DNA from: an uncultured Eubacteriales bacterium
GTDB taxonomy: Bacteria; Bacillota; Clostridia; Oscillospirales; Acutalibacteraceae
Reading direction: 5' to 3'
NCBI GenBank assembly: GCA_900315785.1
Contig: ONAL01000010.1
Coordinates: 4,437 to 68,436 of the forward strand
DNA length: 64,000 nt
The position numbers and the translations under genes were made by a program. Below the pieces are notes generated by a model. That model did not search any database. It had not been told where the DNA came from and was given only the letters and a program-made list of their open reading frames with translations. Below, in pieces: positions 9,857 to 19,912 of the stretch (the first letter of the stretch is position 1; every line of letters starts with the position of its first letter).

Positions 9857-11527
9857 ATGGATATTTTCAGCGTAATAAGCGTACTGGGCGGTCTGGGACT
9901 GTTTCTGATGGGTATGAAGCTGATGGGCGAGGGCTTGGAACTCGCCGCAGGTTCAAAGCTGAGAACTCTGCTCGAGAAAATCACGAGCAACAAGTTCATC
10001 GCTATGCTTGTCGGACTTCTCGTAACAGCCGTCATTCAGAGCTCGTCCGCTACCGACGCGATGGTAGTCGGTTTTGTCAACGCGGGACTGATGAACATTT
10101 ATCAGTCAATCGGTATTCTCTTTGGTTCCAAAATCGGTACCACTGCGACCTCGCTGCTGCTTTCTATCGATATCAAGGCGATTGTTCCTATTTTCGCATT
10201 TGCGGGCGCCGCGGTTATCACCTTTGCCAAGAAGAATAACTACAAGTATTACGGTCAGATTGCCGCAGGCTTCGGTATACTCTTTATGGGTATGTCGATG
10301 ATGAGCGAGAACTTCGGTTTCCTCAAGGAGAGCGCGGTTTTCGGAAATATGATTTCGGGAATGTCAAACCCCGTTCTCGGACTTCTTGCGGGTATGATTT
10401 TCACGGGTATTATCCAGAGCTCGTCCGCTTCCGTCGGTATCCTTATGGCGCTCGGTATGAGCGGCGTTGTGGAGCTCTCGGACTGCGTCTATATCATCTT
10501 CGGTATGAACGTCGGCGCGTGTATGCCTGTATTCCTTTCGGCTGCGGGCGCTAACCGCGAAAGTAAGCAGGTCGCTCTCTCGAACTTCCTCACGAGCTTT
10601 CTTGCCGCGCTTTTTGTCACGGGAATTGTTCTGGCTCTCGATATGACACCGTATTCGGTCACACATATCTGTGAGACAATTCCGTTCCTCAAGGGCAACA
10701 CTGCGGCTCAGATTTCAGCGGTTCACATCGCGTTCAACGTCATCAGAACTGTGGTGTTCCTGCCGCTTTCAACCCCGATAATCAAGCTTACCAAGCTTAT
10801 TATGCCCGATAAAAACGAGGAAGAGGAAGAAATCACCGTATACCTCGATTCCCGAATTCTCACCACGCCTCCTATGGCGGTTCAGCAGACCGAGAAGGAG
10901 TGCGCGCGTCTCGCGAGCCTCGCCAGAGCAAGCTTCGATATGGCAATGGAAGCTGTGGTCAACGGCGACGCAAAGGCAATCGAGCGCGTTTACGAGAACG
11001 AAAAGGTCGTGGACAAGCTTACCCACGGCATTACCAAGTATATAGTTAAGATTAACGGTCTCGATATCGTCGACTACGACCGAAAGGTTATGGGCGCGAT
11101 GTACAACGCGATTCAGGACCTCGAGCGTATCGGTGACCGAAGCGAGAATATGTGCGAAGCCGCCCAGAAGATGATAAAGGGCGAGGTTGTGCTGACCGAG
11201 GAAGCGAAGAAGGAGCTTCGTATCCTCTGCGAGACAGTCCAGCAAATCCTCGAGGACAGCTTCTATATGTTCACGCACCAGAGCAAGGACCCTGCGCTCA
11301 CCGAATCGGTATTGCAGGCTGAGGATCAGATTGACGAATACTGCGAGCTCTTCCGCCAGCACCACATCGAGCGTCTGTCAAAGGGCGTTTGCAGCGCCGA
11401 GGCAGGCACGGTATTTATCGAGCTGCTCACAAACCTTGAGCGCGTCGGCGACCACGCCGTTACGGTTGCGTTCTGTATTCCGTACAAACACGGCGCTTCG
11501 AGACCTGCTCTGACATCTTCAACCTGA
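9857..11527 (+). CDS. Na/Pi cotransporter family protein with C-terminal PhoU-like repeats
   Basis: Two QSSSAT/QSSSAS repeats in TM region; two PhoU-like ERIGDRSEN / ERVGDHAV repeats; ATG 9857 (MDIFSVISVLGG) chosen over upstream in-frame start. Confidence 0.85.
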   Translation: MDIFSVISVLGGLGLFLMGMKLMGEGLELAAGSKLRTLLEKITSNKFIAMLVGLLVTAVIQSSSATDAMVVGFVNAGLMNIYQSIGILFGSKIGTTATSLLLSIDIKAIVPIFAFAGAAVITFAKKNNYKYYGQIAAGFGILFMGMSMMSENFGFLKESAVFGNMISGMSNPVLGLLAGMIFTGIIQSSSASVGILMALGMSGVVELSDCVYIIFGMNVGACMPVFLSAAGANRESKQVALSNFLTSFLAALFVTGIVLALDMTPYSVTHICETIPFLKGNTAAQISAVHIAFNVIRTVVFLPLSTPIIKLTKLIMPDKNEEEEEITVYLDSRILTTPPMAVQQTEKECARLASLARASFDMAMEAVVNGDAKAIERVYENEKVVDKLTHGITKYIVKINGLDIVDYDRKVMGAMYNAIQDLERIGDRSENMCEAAQKMIKGEVVLTEEAKKELRILCETVQQILEDSFYMFTHQSKDPALTESVLQAEDQIDEYCELFRQHHIERLSKGVCSAEAGTVFIELLTNLERVGDHAVTVAFCIPYKHGASRPALTSST

Positions 11528-11532
11528 TAGTC

Positions 11533-11560
11533 AAACGCCGCCCGATTTGGGCGGCGTTTT
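11533..11560 (+). terminator. rho-independent terminator
   Basis: ACGCCGCCC-gattt-GGGCGGCGT followed by TTT. Confidence 0.8.
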
Positions 11561-11593
11561 CAGAGAATACGAATAAAGTTTAAAGAGGAAACT

Positions 11594-11776
11594 ATGTTGA
11601 CATTTTACCTGTCAATGATTGACAGCGACAGTGACAAGAGCAAATTTGAACAGCTCTATATAAAGTACAGGAACCCCATGCTCAACCGCGCTTATGATAT
11701 TCTCGGCGACAGGGGCTTGGCAGAGGACGCGGTACATAACGTCTTTCTGAGCATTTCTCAGACCATAACCACGTGA
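11594..11776 (+). pseudogene. truncated sigma-70/ECF-type sigma factor (region 2 only, 60 codons)
   Basis: N-terminus matches clostridial sigma factors (KSKFEQLYIKYRNPML..LAEDAVHNVFL) but stops before regions 3/4. Confidence 0.7.
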
Positions 11777-12156
11777 CAACCGTGATTGAGGAAGATGATT
11801 CCTCGCCGACAACACTTGAAGAAGTCTATGAGCTTAGTTATGTTCCTGAGGGGTATGTACTTAAACAGGAGAATATATATGAAGAAAAAGCCACTTATAT
11901 ATACATTAATGGTAGAAAGGATATAACATTTTCTCAGATTACAAGGGATTATTATTCAGCTTCTATTGATAACAAGGACGTTGATATTTCCGTTGAAAAA
12001 CACGACGGTCAAGATTATCTTGTTTATGGAATAGAAGATGGCAGTTTCATAATAATATACGACAACGGGCGATATGTTTTTTCTTTATCATCATATGAGT
12101 TGCCGAAGGAAACAATGATCAAAATGTTAGAAACAATAAAAATAAAAAAAGATTAA
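11773..12156 (+). pseudogene. C-terminal DUF4367-like domain of an anti-sigma factor, lacking zinc-finger and TM parts
   Basis: YVPEGYVLKQE...ITFSQ...LPKETMIKMLETI resembles the extracytoplasmic domain normally encoded after sigma genes of this type; GTG start overlaps the upstream stop; AT-rich. Confidence 0.6.
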
Positions 12157-12243
12157 CATAGTTGTCCTAAAATAGTAGTTCTGAATTGTTATATATATAG
12201 AAGTACCAAAAAGCTTCAAAGTTTTTCCGAAGGAGAGATTATT

Positions 12244-13374
12244 ATGAAAAAATTATTGGCATTATTCCTCGCCGTAATACTTGCGATGTCCGCCGCGGCG
12301 GTTGTATCGGCTGACGAAACATCGGATTACACCGCATTCAAGGATTACTGCCTGTCGCTGTTGAAGGTTTCAAAGCCCGACGCGACAGAAGCCGACATCA
12401 ATATTGACATTTTCGAGAAAATCGTTGACCAAAAGTACATTGCGCGCTGCTATTTTGCCGGCGCTAGCGGAGATGAATCCGACGGTGACGAGCAAATCGG
12501 CGACTACGTTTACTATGCGTCAAGCTCTGCGGATGACGTGTGTGTATTTGACGCCGCGAAGTCAAAGACATATTCGCTGTTTTCTCTTTATAAAAAGGGC
12601 GTTCTCAGCGACGCCGACCTTGATACCGTCGCCGCCGCCCTCAAGGATAAGCCCCGTATTAAGTTTGAGAAAGGGAAAGCGACCTACACTACCTCGGACG
12701 GTAGATATGATTATTACATGGTTAACGGCAACGAGGTTTGTATCAAGAAGTACCTCGGCAGTGATAATAAGGTTGTTATCCCCGAAAAGATTTACGGTCT
12801 GAAGGTCACCCGAATCGGTGAATCAGCTTTTTATAAGAGCTCAGTCAAAAGCATTACCATTCCCAAAACAATACGTCGTATCTGCAAGGGGGCAATTAAA
12901 GAGTGCCAAAGCCTGACGTCTCTGAAAATAACAGGCAGCTCAAAGCTCGTTATCGAGAGCAAAGCCTTCAGCTCTAACCATTATCTGAAAACCGCCGACC
13001 TTCCTCAATATAACGAGAAGAAGTCGGGAACAGGGTTCTTCTATTTGTGCGTGCGCCTCGGCAAGGTGAATATCTCGAACAAGGTTAAGGCAATTCCCGG
13101 TTACTGCTTCTATTATTGCCGCAGCCTCAAATCCGCAAAGCTCCCTGCTTCCGTCAAAACTATCGGAGAACGCGCGTTTATGTCCTGCCAAAAGCTCAGC
13201 AAGTATACCGTTCCGTCAACCGTTAAGAAGATAGGCGAAAAGGCAATCGGCTATAAACGTACGGGCGATTACTATGAGGAAATCAGAGATAAGAGCTTCG
13301 TCATCAGGTGCGCTAAAAACTCCGCCGCATATAAGTACGCCAAGGCCAATAAGCTAAAGGCAGAAACAAAATAA
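12244..13374 (+). CDS. secreted leucine-rich-repeat (BspA-like LRR) protein
   Basis: Signal peptide; repeats of the type IPEKIYGLKVTRIGESAF / ITIPKTIRRICKGAI / AKLPASVKTIGERAF. Confidence 0.75.
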   Translation: MKKLLALFLAVILAMSAAAVVSADETSDYTAFKDYCLSLLKVSKPDATEADINIDIFEKIVDQKYIARCYFAGASGDESDGDEQIGDYVYYASSSADDVCVFDAAKSKTYSLFSLYKKGVLSDADLDTVAAALKDKPRIKFEKGKATYTTSDGRYDYYMVNGNEVCIKKYLGSDNKVVIPEKIYGLKVTRIGESAFYKSSVKSITIPKTIRRICKGAIKECQSLTSLKITGSSKLVIESKAFSSNHYLKTADLPQYNEKKSGTGFFYLCVRLGKVNISNKVKAIPGYCFYYCRSLKSAKLPASVKTIGERAFMSCQKLSKYTVPSTVKKIGEKAIGYKRTGDYYEEIRDKSFVIRCAKNSAAYKYAKANKLKAETK

Positions 13375-13450
13375 CACCACGATGCTTGCGCTCTGCGATT
13401 TCTACAGTCATTTTCTGTATTTTACAGCCTAACCGACAGACTAAATACAA

Positions 13451-13476
13451 AAGCCGCTTGGTTTCCCAAGCGGCTT
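13451..13476. terminator. bidirectional terminator between LRR gene and lysC
   Basis: AAGCCGCTTGG-tttc-CCAAGCGGCTT, 11-bp stem with T-rich flank on both strands. Confidence 0.8.
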
Positions 13477-13494
13477 AATTATTTTACGTTTTGC

Positions 13495-14703
13495 TTATTC
13501 CTCAAAGAACTTGTCGTGGATTGCCGAAACAGCTCTGTCCGCGTCCTTCTTGTTGATAAGAACGGAGACCTTAATCTCGCTTGTAGCAATCATACGGATG
13601 TTAATCTGAGCGTCGTAGAGAGCCTCAAACATCTTTGTAGCAACGCCTGCGTGGCTTTCCATACCAGCGCCGACAATCGAAATCTTAGCGACGTCGGTGG
13701 AAGAAAGGATTTCCTTAGCGCCGATATTCTCTACATAATCGGCGAGCGCAGCCTTTGCGTCCTCAAGTCTGTCCGCAGCGATTGTGAACGAAATATCCTT
13801 TGTGCCGTCACGGCCGATTGACTGAAGAATGATGTCTACGTTGATGTTCTTCTTGGAGAGCTTCGAGAACATCTTGAACGCAAATCCGGGCTCATCGGGA
13901 ATACCGATTACCGAAACTCTCGCGATATCTGTGTCCTTGGCAACGCCGCTGATTAACATTTTTTCCATTTTAGTTTTCTCCTTTACGATTGTACCGGGCG
14001 CCTTGACCAAGCTCGAAAGCACCTCAAGTTCGATGTTGTATTTCTTAGCCATTTCTACGGAGCGGTTGTTGAGAACCTGTGCTCCGAGTGTTGCGAGCTC
14101 AAGCATTTCGTCATACGAGATTTCCTTGAGCTTTCTTGCGTTCTTGACCTTTCTGGGGTCGGCAGTGTAAACGCCCTCAACGTCAGTGTAAATCTGACAG
14201 AGGTCGGCGTGCATAGCCGCGGCAATCGCTACAGCGGATGTATCCGAGCCGCCGCGTCCGAGCGTTGTGATGTCATCATAACGTGACAGACCCTGGAAGC
14301 CTGCTACAACTACGATTGACTTCTTGTCGAGCTCCTTGCGGATACGGTTCGGCGTAACGCGTCTGATACGCGCCGAGGTGTGCGCCGAGCTTGTCTGGAA
14401 GCCTGCCTGCCAGCCCAGAAGCGAAACTACAGGGTAGCCGAGCTTCTCGATAGCCATTGCGAGCAGTGAAATGGAAATCTGTTCGCCTGCGGATACGAGC
14501 ATATCACGCTCTCTCTTTGAGGCGTTGGGGTTGATTTCGTTACCCTTGGCGATAAGGTCGTCGGTTGTGTCGCCCTGAGCGGACACTACGACGACAACAT
14601 CGTTGCCCTGGTCGTAGGTCTCTGTCACAATGCGGGCAACGTTGAACACGCGCTCGGCGTTTGCGACGGAGCTTCCTCCGAATTTCTGTACAATTAAACT
14701 CAT
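13495..14703 (-). CDS. lysC: aspartate kinase
   Basis: VQKFGGSSV N-terminus, kinase core, two C-terminal ACT-like repeats. Confidence 0.95.
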   Translation of the reverse strand: MSLIVQKFGGSSVANAERVFNVARIVTETYDQGNDVVVVVSAQGDTTDDLIAKGNEINPNASKRERDMLVSAGEQISISLLAMAIEKLGYPVVSLLGWQAGFQTSSAHTSARIRRVTPNRIRKELDKKSIVVVAGFQGLSRYDDITTLGRGGSDTSAVAIAAAMHADLCQIYTDVEGVYTADPRKVKNARKLKEISYDEMLELATLGAQVLNNRSVEMAKKYNIELEVLSSLVKAPGTIVKEKTKMEKMLISGVAKDTDIARVSVIGIPDEPGFAFKMFSKLSKKNINVDIILQSIGRDGTKDISFTIAADRLEDAKAALADYVENIGAKEILSSTDVAKISIVGAGMESHAGVATKMFEALYDAQINIRMIATSEIKVSVLINKKDADRAVSAIHDKFFEE

Positions 14704-14733
14704 CTGATTACTCCTTTAAAAAATTACCTTTTA

Positions 14734-15939
14734 TTATAAATCACCAATTCTGATTTTTGAGAGCACGTCGATTCCCTCGAGGTTCTGCTCAATCTCACCG
14801 ATTGTGAGCACGGGAGTGATAAGCGCGCACTCGTCGCCCTCAGCGATAACCTGAATATCGCCGAAGCGCTCGATAGCAACCGCCTTGTCGCCTGACTTGA
14901 GTCTCAGGAACATAGCCGTTCTGCTTTCATTATACGGCAGAATGTTCTCGTTGTCCGAGTCAACCCAGAAGAGGAACTTTCTTCTCTTGAGGTGCTTGCC
15001 GCAGTCGACGATGTCGGCTACAACGGCGCTGGCGGTCGGCATTGAGCCCGCGCCCTTGCCGTAGAATACTACGTCGTCAGTGCAGTCGCCGCGTACCATA
15101 ATGCCGTTGAACTCGTTGTCAATGTTCGCGAGCTGGCTGTTTTTGCTGATAAGCATGGGAGCTACAAAGATATCCATCCTGTCGTCGTCAAGAACCTTAA
15201 CATCGCCGATAAGCTTGATAACGCAGTCAAATTTCTTTGCGAATTTAACATCCTCGAGGGTGATGTTTGTGATACCCTCTGTATGTATGTTGTCGGGATA
15301 AATGTGTTTGCCGTAGGCGAGCGACGCGAGAATACAAATCTTGCGAACCGCGTCGTGACCCTCAATGTCAGCCGCGGGATTGCGCTCCGCGAAGCCGAGC
15401 TTCTGAGCGAGCTTCAATGCCTCGTCAAAGCCCATACCGTCCTTTATCATCTTGGTGAGGATAAAGTTGGTGGTACCGTTGAGGATACCCGCGATTTCCT
15501 TGACGTTGTTAGCGACAAGGCACTGGTTGAGCGGTCTGATAATCGGGATACCGCCGCCGACGGAAGCCTCAAACAGGAAGTTTACGTTGTTCTCCTTGGC
15601 AATTCTGAGAAGCTCCGCGCCCTTTGCGGCTACGAGCTCCTTGTTTGAGGTCGCAACGCTCTTGCCCGCGGCAAGCAGCTTGCTGACATACTCAAAAGCG
15701 GGGTGAATTCCGCCCATAACCTCTGCGACCACTCTGATTTCGACGTCGTTTAAGATTTCGTCAAAATTCTTTGTGAAGCGGTCCGCGAGGGGAGAGTCGG
15801 GGAACTCACGCAGGTCGAGGATTTTCTTGATGTGAATCTCCTCGCCGATTGCGGAGTAAAGCTTCTGTTTGTGAGATGTGATAATCTCAGCGACACCCGA
15901 GCCGACAACTCCGTGTCCCATTATAGCTATTTCAATCAT
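14734..15939 (-). CDS. hom: homoserine dehydrogenase
   Basis: N-terminal Rossmann GHGVVGSGV, catalytic domain, C-terminal ACT-like region. Confidence 0.95.
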   Translation of the reverse strand: MIEIAIMGHGVVGSGVAEIITSHKQKLYSAIGEEIHIKKILDLREFPDSPLADRFTKNFDEILNDVEIRVVAEVMGGIHPAFEYVSKLLAAGKSVATSNKELVAAKGAELLRIAKENNVNFLFEASVGGGIPIIRPLNQCLVANNVKEIAGILNGTTNFILTKMIKDGMGFDEALKLAQKLGFAERNPAADIEGHDAVRKICILASLAYGKHIYPDNIHTEGITNITLEDVKFAKKFDCVIKLIGDVKVLDDDRMDIFVAPMLISKNSQLANIDNEFNGIMVRGDCTDDVVFYGKGAGSMPTASAVVADIVDCGKHLKRRKFLFWVDSDNENILPYNESRTAMFLRLKSGDKAVAIERFGDIQVIAEGDECALITPVLTIGEIEQNLEGIDVLSKIRIGDL

Positions 15940-15967
15940 TTATATCCATCCTTTCGGTTCTTTACTG

Positions 15968-18319
15968 TTATTCAGTCTCGGCTTCTTCCTCAACGCTTTC
16001 GGGCTGAGTGTCCTCGGTGGCTTCGCTCGACTCTGAGGGCTGGGTGTCCTCGCTCGATTCGGGCTCGGTGTCTTCTTCCGAGCTTGCCTCGGGAGCTGCC
16101 GTGGTTTCCTCGCCTGCGTCCTCGGAAGCAGGTGTGGATTCCTCGCCGCCCTCGGAACCGCCGCCGCTGTCCGAGCCGTCGTAGTAATCTACGTAGTCGC
16201 CGCCGTCACTGGGCATATTGTCCTCGGTATAGTAGCCTAAATATCTGTCGTCCACGGCGCTGCCTACATTGTAGACCATACCGTTTGACGGACTGAAGTT
16301 TGCCTTGATAATCGAGCCGGGCATCGAGTATTCCTTGTGCTTCTTGCCCTCGAGATAATAGCTCATAACCTGCTGGAACAGCTTGGTCGCCGTCTGCTGA
16401 CCGTACATTGAGATTGTCTGCGGAATGTCAAAGCCTGTCCATACAGCCATTGAGCAGTAGGGGCTGAGACCGCAGTACCAGGAATCCTTGTCCTCATCGG
16501 TAGTACCTGTCTTGCCGATGATATCCCAGCCGTCAACACGCGCGTACGCCGCGTTCGTGTGAGCACAGTAGGTCATATTGTAGTGGAGCAGCCTGTTCAT
16601 AATATAGGCTGTCTCGGGAGAGTAGCTCTCCTTGGGTATCATATCTCTGTTGTCGATGATGATGTTGTCCTCGGAATCGGTCACATAGTAGTAGGTGTAG
16701 GGCTTGTAGTACTTGCCGCCGTTACCCATATATGTGAAGGTTCCAGCCATTTCTCTGACGGTAACGCCGCCGTTGAGACCTCCGATTGAAAGTCCGCCCG
16801 TGTTGACCTTGTCATCCTCGCTGAGGTGTTCAAAGCCTTGGAGCGTGAGAACCTGGTTGTACGCCGCCTGAGGTGAAATCATATCCATAACCTGAGCGGC
16901 TGTCGCGTTAGCCGACCATTCGATAGCGTCGGGGAGGAGCATATTGCCCTTGTAGCCCGAGTACCAGTTGTTCGGACCCGCAATCAGCGTGCCGTCCGCG
17001 CCGACCTTGTACTTTTCAAGGGGCTTGTCGGGAACGACCGAGCTGTAGTAGAGCTTGCCTCGCTCAATCGCGTAGGGATAAACGACTACGGGCTTGATTG
17101 AGGAACCCGGCTGGAGCACCGAGTCGGTAGCTCTGTCGAAGAGAAGGTTCGAGGTTTTTTCCTGTGACGAGCCTGTCGTCGCGATAATCGCGCCGTGCAT
17201 ATCGACCATAGTCGCCGCGCACTGGAGACCCGAGTCGTAGGTTGTGTCGATGTTCATCGCCGCGTCCTCGAGGTACTTCTGCATTTTGACATCCATAGCG
17301 CAGTAAATCTTGAGACCCTCTGTGAAGAGCTTGTCCGAAGCCGCCTTTTCGCTGATGTTGTAGTATACAGCCAAATCCTTTGTGAGGTCGTTCTGCAGCT
17401 CATCTATATACCAGTTCTGAACCTTGCTTCGCACGTTCGTCTTGTTGCTCTTTTTGTAGCCGACGAACTTCATTTTTGAGGACTCTTCCATAGCCTCGTC
17501 GTACTGTTCCTTGGTTATTTTCTTTTGGTCGAGCATTTCGGAGAGCACGAGCTCGCGCCTCTTCTGGTTCTCCTCGGGATAGACGAGAGGATTGAACCTG
17601 CTCGGGTTCTGGGTGATTCCCGCAATAGCCGCGCACTGGGCAAGCGTGCATTTGTCGATGTGCTTGCCGAAGTAAAGGTTAGCCGCCGCCTCAACTCCCT
17701 GGCAGTTATTGCCGAAGTTTACGACGTTGAGGTACGCCTCGAGGATTTCGTCCTTGGTGTACTCGGTCTCAAGCTTGAGCGCCTTTACAATCTCGCGTAT
17801 CTTACGGTTGAGCGAAACCTCGTTGTCGTCGGAAATATTCTTGATGAGCTGCTGGGTGAGCGTGGAGCCGCCGAAGCTCGACTTTCCGCTTGCGAGGTTG
17901 AGGATAGCGCCCATTGTTCGGGTGAAGTCAACGCCGTTGTGTTCTCTGAAGCGCTTGTCCTCGATAGCGATGACGGAGTTCTTCATATTGTCGGGAATGT
18001 TCTTGAAGTCCACCCAGACGCGGTTTTCCGTGTCGTAAAGTGACTGGTACTTCTTGAACTTGCCGCTGTCGTTCTTGACATAAATGAAGCTCGTCTGGTT
18101 AAGTGATTTTGCCTTGAGGTCGATGCCCGTCGGCTCGGTCGCTATTCCGATTATATAAACGGAAAGCGAAATCAGCACAACAAAGCCCGCGATTGCCCCG
18201 ACGGCAAACAGCGTAAAGAAAAACCGACCTATTGCTTTTAAGACTCTTTTTACAGAGCTTTCAGACGCCTGTTCGACGTTTATCTGCTCGGTAAATTTAC
18301 TTATATCTGTTTCACGCAT
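15968..18319 (-). CDS. class A penicillin-binding protein (transglycosylase/transpeptidase) with acidic C-terminal tail
   Basis: N-terminal TM; GT51 motifs EDKRFREHNG and GGSTLTQQL; transpeptidase SSIK and KTGT; about 90-aa D/E/S/T-rich tail. Confidence 0.9.
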   Translation of the reverse strand: MRETDISKFTEQINVEQASESSVKRVLKAIGRFFFTLFAVGAIAGFVVLISLSVYIIGIATEPTGIDLKAKSLNQTSFIYVKNDSGKFKKYQSLYDTENRVWVDFKNIPDNMKNSVIAIEDKRFREHNGVDFTRTMGAILNLASGKSSFGGSTLTQQLIKNISDDNEVSLNRKIREIVKALKLETEYTKDEILEAYLNVVNFGNNCQGVEAAANLYFGKHIDKCTLAQCAAIAGITQNPSRFNPLVYPEENQKRRELVLSEMLDQKKITKEQYDEAMEESSKMKFVGYKKSNKTNVRSKVQNWYIDELQNDLTKDLAVYYNISEKAASDKLFTEGLKIYCAMDVKMQKYLEDAAMNIDTTYDSGLQCAATMVDMHGAIIATTGSSQEKTSNLLFDRATDSVLQPGSSIKPVVVYPYAIERGKLYYSSVVPDKPLEKYKVGADGTLIAGPNNWYSGYKGNMLLPDAIEWSANATAAQVMDMISPQAAYNQVLTLQGFEHLSEDDKVNTGGLSIGGLNGGVTVREMAGTFTYMGNGGKYYKPYTYYYVTDSEDNIIIDNRDMIPKESYSPETAYIMNRLLHYNMTYCAHTNAAYARVDGWDIIGKTGTTDEDKDSWYCGLSPYCSMAVWTGFDIPQTISMYGQQTATKLFQQVMSYYLEGKKHKEYSMPGSIIKANFSPSNGMVYNVGSAVDDRYLGYYTEDNMPSDGGDYVDYYDGSDSGGGSEGGEESTPASEDAGEETTAAPEASSEEDTEPESSEDTQPSESSEATEDTQPESVEEEAETE

Positions 18320-18506
18320 AGGAAAATCTCCTTGATTTCAAAACTGAGATACACATAGTTGTACATTATTCTCTGTTATTTTACCATAAGTCAAGAAAAA
18401 AATAAACCTTTTGGACGTATTTTCTTGTAAGAAAATCAAAAATTTTTACTATAAATTGTATGAATAATACCGATAATTCCGCGAAAATTATTATTGAGGC
18501 GATTTT

Positions 18507-18836
18507 ATGAAGACAAAAATAACGGTAACACTGATTTCGGTTTATTTATTTCTGGCGGCTTTTTCGCTTGTATACAGCACCTTTGCCGCGCCTGTTTCTG
18601 TCCCCGAGCTTATTCCGACAGTCACGGTCACCGAGACCGCTCCGAAGGAAAAGTTTTTTACCGTCAGGTCTCTCGGCGGAAGAGTAGCGGTCGAGGACGA
18701 GGACGGAAACATTGTGCTTTCAACCTCGACGCGCGTCGCGATTCTCCCCGAAACCGACAGAGAACAGCTCGAAAACGGTATTAGAGCCAAAAATCCTCGC
18801 GAAGTGAAACGAATACTGGAGGATTTGTGCAGTTAG
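18507..18836 (+). CDS. small membrane-anchored or secreted protein, unknown function
   Basis: N-terminal hydrophobic segment, then a soluble ~70-aa domain (RVAVEDEDGNIV...LPETDREQLENGI...ILEDLCS); family not recognised with certainty. Confidence 0.5.
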   Translation: MKTKITVTLISVYLFLAAFSLVYSTFAAPVSVPELIPTVTVTETAPKEKFFTVRSLGGRVAVEDEDGNIVLSTSTRVAILPETDREQLENGIRAKNPREVKRILEDLCS

Positions 18837-18867
18837 CTGTATTTGCCAAAAAGAGTTGGATTTAGCA

Positions 18868-18896
18868 TTGACTATTTCGCCCTTATATAGTAAAAT
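18868..18896 (+). promoter_or_regulatory. sigma-A type promoter of the fab/acc cluster
   Basis: TTGACT, 17-nt spacer, TAAAAT. Confidence 0.6.
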
Positions 18897-18961
18897 ATAT
18901 TAGATATTGTAATATGAGTTGTTATGCGTATATTTGATATTTTTCAGAAAGGGTGATACAT

Positions 18962-19912
18962 ATGATTTCCACAGTAATCAATGAACAGCTCGGTATCGAG
19001 TATCCGATTTTCCAGGGCGGTATGGCTTGGGTAGCCGACGCTTCTCTCGCCGCGGGCGTGAGCAACGCGGGCGGTCTCGGATTAATCGCTGCTATGAACT
19101 CCAACGGAGAACAGCTCAGAGCCGAAATCAAGAAGTGCAAGGAGCTTACCGACAAGCCCTTCGGCGTTAACATTATGCTTATGAGCCCCTTTGCCGACGA
19201 GGTCGCGGACGTCGTCGTTGAGGAAGGCGTAAAGGTTGTTACCACAGGCGCGGGCAACCCCGGCAAATATATGGAAAAATGGACCGAAGCGGGAATCAAG
19301 GTTATCCCCGTAGTTCCCTCGACTGCTCTCGCCAAGCGTATGGAAAAGCTCGGCGCGTTTGCGGTAATCGCAGAGGGCGGCGAAAGCGGCGGTCATGTAG
19401 GCGACCTCACAACTATGGCGCTTGTGCCTCAGGTTGTTGACGCGGTCAGCATTCCCGTTATCGCGGCAGGTGGTATCGCCGACGGCCGTCAGGTTGCGGC
19501 TTGCTTTATGCTCGGCGCTGTCGGCGTTCAGGTCGGCACACGCTTCCTCGTTGCTACCGAGTGTACAATCGCTCAGGAGTACAAGGACAAGATTTTAAAG
19601 GCTAAGGATATCGACACGGTTGTCACAGGCAAGCGTCTCGGTCACCCCGTAAGATGTATCAAATCAAGCTATACAAGAGATTATACAAAGATGGAATACG
19701 ATTCCGCCAACTATCCCGACGACGTTCTCGAGGCTAAGGGCGCGGGCGTGCTTCGCCTTGCGGCTCGTGAGGGCGACGTAAAGAACGGCTGTGTTCTCGC
19801 TGGTCAGGTTGCTTCCATGGTCAAGAAGGAAGAGCCCGCAAGAGACATTATCTTAGACCTGTTCACAAAGGCAGAGGAAGTATTAGGCGGTGCGGCAAAA
19901 TGGGTAAAATAG
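18962..19912 (+). CDS. fabK: enoyl-[ACP] reductase II (FMN-dependent)
   Basis: PIFQGGMAWV and AAGGIADGR motifs; ATG 18962 preceded by AAAGGGTGA; first gene of the fab cluster. Confidence 0.9.
   Translation: MISTVINEQLGIEYPIFQGGMAWVADASLAAGVSNAGGLGLIAAMNSNGEQLRAEIKKCKELTDKPFGVNIMLMSPFADEVADVVVEEGVKVVTTGAGNPGKYMEKWTEAGIKVIPVVPSTALAKRMEKLGAFAVIAEGGESGGHVGDLTTMALVPQVVDAVSIPVIAAGGIADGRQVAACFMLGAVGVQVGTRFLVATECTIAQEYKDKILKAKDIDTVVTGKRLGHPVRCIKSSYTRDYTKMEYDSANYPDDVLEAKGAGVLRLAAREGDVKNGCVLAGQVASMVKKEEPARDIILDLFTKAEEVLGGAAKWVK

Noticed and set aside
9769-10239. 156-aa Arg-rich ORF overlapping the start of the Na/Pi transporter gene in another frame
   Set aside because: It is out of frame within a clear membrane-transporter gene and has no RBS. 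Its composition is that of an alternative-frame artefact.
11773-11776. The GTGA overlap read as genuine translational coupling of two intact small genes
   Set aside because: A 60-aa sigma fragment lacks the DNA-binding regions 3 and 4. The downstream product lacks the sigma-binding and TM parts, so neither can function as the usual pair.
15832-16296. 154-aa Arg/Pro-rich ORF on the plus strand across the hom / PBP junction
   Set aside because: It is the reverse-frame reading of the acidic PBP tail and therefore artefactual.
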